Source: Candidatus Marinacidobacterales bacterium (GTDB lineage: Bacteria > Acidobacteriota > Vicinamibacteria > Marinacidobacterales > DATDRI01). From it: a DNA stretch of 64,000 nucleotides. This document shows, piece after piece, positions 58,483 to 64,000 of this stretch. The notes below the pieces were generated by a model. The model saw only the letters and a program-made list of their open reading frames with translations, was not told the DNA's origin and searched no databases. Position 1 is the first letter of the stretch. Each line of letters starts with the position of its first letter. Made by a program: the position numbers and the translations under genes. Location: the NCBI GenBank assembly GCA_965226495.1, contig OZ245365.1, forward strand, positions 320,001 through 384,000, written 5' to 3'.

Positions 58483-58977
58483 TTGGAAAGCGCCATCTTT
58501 TACTTTTTCTCCACGGTCTCCGTTGTGGCAGCTTTCGTGGTCGCGGCAAGCCGCCGTCCCGCCTATGGCGCGCTGGCGCTTATCGTTTGCCTTCTTGGTG
58601 TTGCCGGACTGTACGCCCAGCTAGGAGCCACTTTTGTGGCTGCGGTCCAGATCATCGTTTACGCGGGAGCGGTGTTGATCGTGTTCTTACTGGTGATCAT
58701 GTTGCTCGATCTCGGCGGCGATACGCCCTTCAGAGATCGTCCTCGACGGCTCGGCTGGGCGGCATTGCCGGTGGGGCTGGTCCTGTTCGCGGTCTTGGGG
58801 ACGGTCGTTGCTCGGACTTCACCCCCCGTCTCGAATGAAGCAACCGACGAGGCAATGAGGGGGACCGCGGCTCGCTTGGGTGAGTTTCTTCTCACCGACT
58901 ACTTGGCGCCCTTCGAAGCGACTGGCATCCTTATTCTTGTGTCTCTGGTGGGTGCGACTTGGCTGGTGAGGCGCTGA
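58483..58977 (+). CDS. nuoJ: NADH-quinone oxidoreductase subunit J
   Basis: QIIVYAGAV, PFE; TTG start with GAGG RBS. Confidence 0.92.
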   Translation: MESAIFYFFSTVSVVAAFVVAASRRPAYGALALIVCLLGVAGLYAQLGATFVAAVQIIVYAGAVLIVFLLVIMLLDLGGDTPFRDRPRRLGWAALPVGLVLFAVLGTVVARTSPPVSNEATDEAMRGTAARLGEFLLTDYLAPFEATGILILVSLVGATWLVRR

Positions 58978-59279
58978 TGGTTCCGGTCCAACATTACCTA
59001 ATTGTCTCCGCACTCCTGTTCGCAATCGGCGCGACCGGACTTTTCTTCCACCGCAACCTAGTCAGCATTTTCCTCTGCATCGAGCTCATGTTGAACGCGG
59101 TCAACCTCACTTTCGTGGCGTACTCCCGATTGGCCGGCAACCTGGAAGGCCAGGCAATTGCGCTCATCGTCATCGCGGTAGCCGCGGCCGAAGCCGCAGT
59201 CGGTCTGGCCATCCTCATCGCCTTGCATCGTCGACGGGAGACCATGAACGTCGACGATCACAACCTTCTGAGATATTGA
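58977..59279 (+). CDS. nuoK: NADH-quinone oxidoreductase subunit K
   Basis: IELMLNAVNL, AAAEAAVGLAI. Confidence 0.96.
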   Translation: MVPVQHYLIVSALLFAIGATGLFFHRNLVSIFLCIELMLNAVNLTFVAYSRLAGNLEGQAIALIVIAVAAAEAAVGLAILIALHRRRETMNVDDHNLLRY

Positions 59280-59292
59280 GGAGCAAATCCGA

Positions 59293-61194
59293 GTGGGAAC
59301 CGCCTCCCGCCTTCTTCCTCTGATCCCCCTTATCCCGGCTCTTTCGGCCCTCGTGTTGGCAGTCGCCGGGCGCCGGCTTGGCCGTTCCTCGTCGGGAAGA
59401 CTCGCTTGTGGGGCGGTGGGGGTCTCGTTTGCGCTAGCGGTGATCGGATTCGCCAGCATGCTCGGCATGGCCGAAGGTGAGCGTTCGGTTACCGTGGAGA
59501 TCTTCGATTGGATAGCGGCGGGCTCTTTCACCGCGAAGGCCGCCCTGGTGTTCGATCCTCTGTCAGGCATCATCTCCATGGTCGTGACCGGGGTCGGGTT
59601 GCTGATTCACGTCTACTCAGTTGGGTATATGAGCGAGGATAAGGATTTCTCTCGCTTCTTCGCCTACCTCAACCTTTTCACGGCAAGCATGCTGTTGCTG
59701 GTGCTGGCTGAGAATCTGCTCTTGATGTTCGTGGGCTGGGAGGGCGTAGGGCTTTGCTCCTATCTACTCATCGGCTTTTGGTTCGAGAAGAAGGCGGCGG
59801 TGAATGCTGGCACGAAGGCATTCATTGTGAACCGCATCGGTGACGTCGGCTTTCTTCTGGGCATCCTAATGACTTTCTTGGTGTTTGGAACCGTGAGTTT
59901 CGGGGAATTCCTTCCTTTGGCTCCGACTCAGGACACGGCTCTTCTGAGCGTCATCGGGATTCTCCTCTTCGTAGGGGCGATCGGAAAATCGGCGCAGATC
60001 CCACTTTACGTATGGCTACCCGACGCCATGGAAGGTCCTACACCGGTTTCTGCCTATATTCACGCTGCCACCATGGTGACCGCGGGCGTTTATATGGTGG
60101 CGCGAACCGCGCCCTTATACGCGGAGGCCCCATTGGCCCTTGCTCTCGTCGGCGCCATCGGAGCCGTCACCGCTCTGTACGCGTCGACCATCGCGCTCGC
60201 TCAGGATGATTTTAAGCGTATTCTCGCTTACTCCACGATTTCCCAGCTCGGCTACATGTTCCTCGCTTGCGGAGTGGGAGCGTTCGGCGCGGCCATCTTC
60301 CATCTCGTAACGCATGCCTTCTTCAAGGCGTTGTTATTTCTCGTGGCGGGGAATGTCATGCACGCGATGGCGGGTGAGAGCGATATTCGTAAGATGGGAG
60401 GGCTCAAAGACAAGCTTCCCATCACATACCGTACCTTCGTGATCGCAACGCTGGCTCTGGTAGGGATACCGCCGCTGGCGGGTTTTTTCAGCAAAGACGC
60501 GGTGCTTTGGAGTGCATTCCGCGAGGGATACACGTTGTTGTGGGCGGTCGGTGTCGCCGGTGTTTTCTTGACCGCCTTCTACATGGGCCGTGTCTGGGCG
60601 TTGGTGTTCGAGGGCCGCTTTCGAGGCAGCGCGGAAGAGTCACGGCGCCTGCACGAGTCACCTCCGTCCATGATTTGGCCTCTGCGGCTGCTGGCGGCGG
60701 GGTCGGTAGTCATCGGGTTCATCGGCGTTCCTCACGCCAGTTGGATCGAGCGGTTCCTGGCTCCTTATCTTGCAGTGAAGACTGTGGAACCGAGCTCTCT
60801 TGCGGTGGAAGTCGGCTTGACGCTCTTGAACATCGCGGTCGCGATAGGCGGCCTGTTGCTGGCTCGACACTTCTATCTTGTCGACCGCGCTCTTCCCGAG
60901 CGGGTGGCGGCGGGCGTGGCTCCCTTGTATCGATTCATCAAAGGCAAGTTCTGGATCGACGAGCTCTACGATATCTTCCTCGTGCGTCCGTTCTTCTTCC
61001 TCTCGCGAGTGGTGCTCTGGCGATTGGTGGACAAGGCGATCGTGGACGGCTCCTTCAATGGAGCGGGTCGGGTCGTGCGACTGAGTAGTGAGGTCTTGAG
61101 GCTCTCACAAGTGGGCAACTTGCGGCTTTATCTCTTTATTCTTTTCGGCGGGGCGATGGCGCTCGTGGGTTGGATGGTACTGGGGAGCGCATGA
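59293..61194 (+). CDS. nuoL: NADH-quinone oxidoreductase subunit L
   Basis: WEGVGLCSY, KSAQIPL, WLPDAMEGPTPVSA, HAFFKALLF. Confidence 0.97.
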   Translation: MGTASRLLPLIPLIPALSALVLAVAGRRLGRSSSGRLACGAVGVSFALAVIGFASMLGMAEGERSVTVEIFDWIAAGSFTAKAALVFDPLSGIISMVVTGVGLLIHVYSVGYMSEDKDFSRFFAYLNLFTASMLLLVLAENLLLMFVGWEGVGLCSYLLIGFWFEKKAAVNAGTKAFIVNRIGDVGFLLGILMTFLVFGTVSFGEFLPLAPTQDTALLSVIGILLFVGAIGKSAQIPLYVWLPDAMEGPTPVSAYIHAATMVTAGVYMVARTAPLYAEAPLALALVGAIGAVTALYASTIALAQDDFKRILAYSTISQLGYMFLACGVGAFGAAIFHLVTHAFFKALLFLVAGNVMHAMAGESDIRKMGGLKDKLPITYRTFVIATLALVGIPPLAGFFSKDAVLWSAFREGYTLLWAVGVAGVFLTAFYMGRVWALVFEGRFRGSAEESRRLHESPPSMIWPLRLLAAGSVVIGFIGVPHASWIERFLAPYLAVKTVEPSSLAVEVGLTLLNIAVAIGGLLLARHFYLVDRALPERVAAGVAPLYRFIKGKFWIDELYDIFLVRPFFFLSRVVLWRLVDKAIVDGSFNGAGRVVRLSSEVLRLSQVGNLRLYLFILFGGAMALVGWMVLGSA

Positions 61195-62678
61195 GTCTCC
61201 TGACGTTCCTCATCGTCGCCCCTTTGGTCGGCTCGATTTTAATTGGCATCCTCGGTCGACGACCGGGTTCGGCTGGACGGGTCGCCCTCGTTTCTTCCCT
61301 TATCGTTTTCGTGTTGTCGCTACTCTTGTGGGTTCGATTCGATCCCTCCCAGCCTGACTACCAATTCGTCGAGTCTTACCGATGGATACCGAGCTTAGGG
61401 ATTTCCTTTCTGGTGGGTATCGATGGCGTGAGCTTGTTCATGGTCTTGCTCACGACGTTCCTGACGCCGCTCGCCGTCCTCGCGAGCTGGGATTCGATCG
61501 AGGAAAAGACCGGGGCATTCTATGTCCTCATATTGATTCTGGAATCTTTAATGATCGGTGTCTTCATCGCGATCGACGTTTTCTTGTTCTACGTGTTTTG
61601 GGAGGCGATGTTGATTCCGATGTATCTCCTCATCGGAGTTTGGGGCGGAGAGCGCCGAATCTACGCAGCCATCAAGTTCTTCCTCTTCACGATGGGCGGG
61701 AGCGTCCTGATGCTGGTGGCGATTATCTACTGCTACCACGTTCACGACTTGCAAAGCGGTGGGGGGAGCTTCGACCTCCGGCTCTGGCAAGGGCTAGTAT
61801 TGGGCAGCGGCTTGCAGCGCTGGTTGTTCCTTGCTTTTTTCGCCGCCTTCGCGGTCAAGATACCACTCGTTCCACTTCACACTTGGCTTCCCGATGCCCA
61901 CGTGGAAGCACCCACCGCAGGGAGCGTCTTATTGGCCGGCGTTCTTCTCAAAATGGGTGCCTATGGTCTCTTGAGATTCGCGATCCCGTTGTTTCCAGAA
62001 GGTGCTCGAGCGTACGCCCCGGTTGTCTTGACCATCGCGGTGATCGGTATTGTATATGGGGCTCTGATGGCCTTGGTGCAGTCGGACATCAAGAGACTCG
62101 TGGCCTACTCGAGCGTGAGTCATATGGGCTTCGTCGTGCTTGGCATTTTTTCGTTCGATATTGCGGGGGTGGAAGGCGCGATCTTCCTAATGGTGAGTCA
62201 CGGATTGTCCACCGGTGCCCTTTTCCTCCTGGTGGGGATGATCTACGAGCGCCGACACACCCGTTTGATCTCTGAGTTTGGGGGGCTGAAGCGAGTCATG
62301 CCTTTGTACGCAAGCCTCTTCTTGGTCGTCCTCCTTTCATCGATGGGATTACCCGGGCTCAATGGTTTCGTGGGAGAGTTCTTGGTGTTGCTCGGTGCGT
62401 TTCAAACCGCCAGACCGTATGCAGTCGCCGGTGCGGGGGGAATCGTGCTAGCCGCCATCTACCTTCTCTGGATGTACAAGCGGATGATGTTGGGAGAGGT
62501 CGACAATCCGGCGAACCTTGGCCTCCGGGACTTGAGCCGTCGCGAGGCGGCGATCTTGGTTCCGATCGTGATCCTCATCGTGTGGATGGGAGTCGCTCCC
62601 GGCAGCTTCCTCCGCTCACTCGACGGTACGGTGGAACTCTTCGTTTCCCGAGCGACGGACGCTTCCGGCATCGAATAA
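61191..62678 (+). CDS. nuoM: NADH-quinone oxidoreductase subunit M
   Basis: FWEAMLIP, HTWLPDAHVEAPT, LLKMG, YSSVSHMG. Confidence 0.97.
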   Translation: MSLLTFLIVAPLVGSILIGILGRRPGSAGRVALVSSLIVFVLSLLLWVRFDPSQPDYQFVESYRWIPSLGISFLVGIDGVSLFMVLLTTFLTPLAVLASWDSIEEKTGAFYVLILILESLMIGVFIAIDVFLFYVFWEAMLIPMYLLIGVWGGERRIYAAIKFFLFTMGGSVLMLVAIIYCYHVHDLQSGGGSFDLRLWQGLVLGSGLQRWLFLAFFAAFAVKIPLVPLHTWLPDAHVEAPTAGSVLLAGVLLKMGAYGLLRFAIPLFPEGARAYAPVVLTIAVIGIVYGALMALVQSDIKRLVAYSSVSHMGFVVLGIFSFDIAGVEGAIFLMVSHGLSTGALFLLVGMIYERRHTRLISEFGGLKRVMPLYASLFLVVLLSSMGLPGLNGFVGEFLVLLGAFQTARPYAVAGAGGIVLAAIYLLWMYKRMMLGEVDNPANLGLRDLSRREAAILVPIVILIVWMGVAPGSFLRSLDGTVELFVSRATDASGIE

Positions 62679-62700
62679 GAGGGGATAGAGGGAATCCAAC

Positions 62701-64000
62701 ATGGGGGCGGGCGCACTGATACCGGTTCTCATCCTGGTGGTCACGGCAGCAGTCATTGGTGTCGGGGGTGCCGGTGTCGCCGGCCGAAGTCGTTTTCCCG
62801 CCGCCGGGTTGGCGTGGCTCGGGACGGTGATCTGTATTCTTGCGAGCCTTCGTTTGTGGGGGCATCGACTTCGCGCGCTTGGTGTCGTGGACTCCGATGC
62901 GTTCAGTCTCTTCTTGAGTTTTGTCGTGTTGACCGGCGTGGTTCTCAGCATTCCGGTTGCCAAGGCTGCTCTCGACCGTCAGAAGGAGGAGGCCCCGGCG
63001 TTCTATACGCTGGTTCTCCTAAGCGCGGCGGGAATGCTGCTCCTCGTGTCGACGAGAAATCTGATTTTGATGTTCGTGGCTCTCGAGACAATGTCGGTGG
63101 GATTATACGTACTCACCGGGTGGTCACGCGACCGCGGCACGTCCGTCGAAGCCTCATTGAAGTATTTCTTCTACGGAGCATTCGCCTCTTCTCTATTCTT
63201 GTACGGTATCGCCTTTTTCTATGGAGTGGCGGGGAGTGCAGACCTCGCAAAGATCGAAGCCGCCCTCATCGCCCCAGCCAGCGAACCAGGGGTGCTTCCG
63301 GTTGTCGCTCTCGTGCTTCTGCTGGTGGGCTTCGCCTACAAAGTCGCGGCGGTGCCGTTTCACATGTGGTCTCCAGACGTCTACGAGGGAGCTCCTACCG
63401 TTGTCGCCGGTTTCATGGCGGTTGCGGTCAAGGCGGCTGCTTTCGGCGCCCTCATTCGTGTCACGGGTTCATTCCTTTCTTTGAGCGATGAATGGAAGAT
63501 CGTTCTGTGGTTGCTTGCGGTCCTCAGTATGACCATCGGCAACCTGATAGCGATTGCTCAAGATGACATAAAACGTTTGCTCGCCTACTCGAGCGTGGCC
63601 CATGCAGGCTACTTGCTGGTAGGCGTGATCGCGGGAGGTGTGACGGGTAGGACGGCGGTTCTCTTCTATCTCGCTGGGTACACGTTCATGACCCTCGGAG
63701 CCTTCGCGGTCGCGATTACCCTCGGGAAGAGCGGAGAGGACAACTTGTCCATCCGAGGCTGGGGTGGCCTCGGATGGAAGTACCCTCTCCCCGGATTCGC
63801 GATGAGTGTGTTCATGCTATCGCTGGCGGGTATTCCGGCCACGGTGGGTTTCGTGGGGAAGTTTTATTTATTTAGTGCCGCGATCAATGAGGGATATGTC
63901 GCCTTGGTGTTGATCGCTGTCATCAACACCTTAATCAGCGTCTACTACTATCTACGCGTCGTCATGGTTTTGTATATGGGTTCTCCGGCGTCCGATCCGG
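62701..64000 (+). CDS. nuoN: NADH-quinone oxidoreductase subunit N (runs off the window)
   Basis: Manual translation from ATG 62701: ALETMS, KVAAVPFHMWSPDVYEGAP, KRLLAYSSVAHAGY, SLAGIP, YYYLRV. Confidence 0.95.
   Translation, partial: MGAGALIPVLILVVTAAVIGVGGAGVAGRSRFPAAGLAWLGTVICILASLRLWGHRLRALGVVDSDAFSLFLSFVVLTGVVLSIPVAKAALDRQKEEAPAFYTLVLLSAAGMLLLVSTRNLILMFVALETMSVGLYVLTGWSRDRGTSVEASLKYFFYGAFASSLFLYGIAFFYGVAGSADLAKIEAALIAPASEPGVLPVVALVLLLVGFAYKVAAVPFHMWSPDVYEGAPTVVAGFMAVAVKAAAFGALIRVTGSFLSLSDEWKIVLWLLAVLSMTIGNLIAIAQDDIKRLLAYSSVAHAGYLLVGVIAGGVTGRTAVLFYLAGYTFMTLGAFAVAITLGKSGEDNLSIRGWGGLGWKYPLPGFAMSVFMLSLAGIPATVGFVGKFYLFSAAINEGYVALVLIAVINTLISVYYYLRVVMVLYMGSPASDP

Overview
GC-rich bacterial chromosomal window, probably Acidobacteriota (inferred mainly from a VWA protein of the acidobacterial type). 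It has four blocks. (1) 1-30.4 kb: a Wzx/Wzy-type exopolysaccharide locus. It encodes a Wzc/GumC co-polymerase, a short OPX protein, an outer-membrane beta-barrel with an N-terminal AMIN-like domain, WecA, six glycosyltransferases, an AsnB-type amidotransferase, an acyltransferase, three methyltransferases, a Thr-type sulfatase-fold enzyme and two O-antigen-ligase/TPR modules. Its intergenic DNA carries six sigma-54 -24/-12 motifs and a recurrent 14-bp GTAGGGG-type motif. (2) 30.9-34.9 kb: a ~3-kb integrase-free toxin-antitoxin islet (decayed DUF433/DUF5615 pair; AbiEi/AbiEii with promoter and operator). It lies between two slightly diverged ~540-bp copies of the 3' end of a DUF2090 aldolase-like gene. 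(3) Complex I genes split into two divergent, complementary blocks (nuoABCDGH and nuoEFJKLMN), with no nuoI in the window. (4) Between those blocks, housekeeping genes (an active plus a catalytically dead HtrA pair, uvrA, rhomboid, bshB1, nth and others) and several REP-like structured repeats, one of them nested. Several single-base frameshifts, mostly in short runs, may be sequencing errors. All family calls come from motif recognition by eye; no database searches were run.
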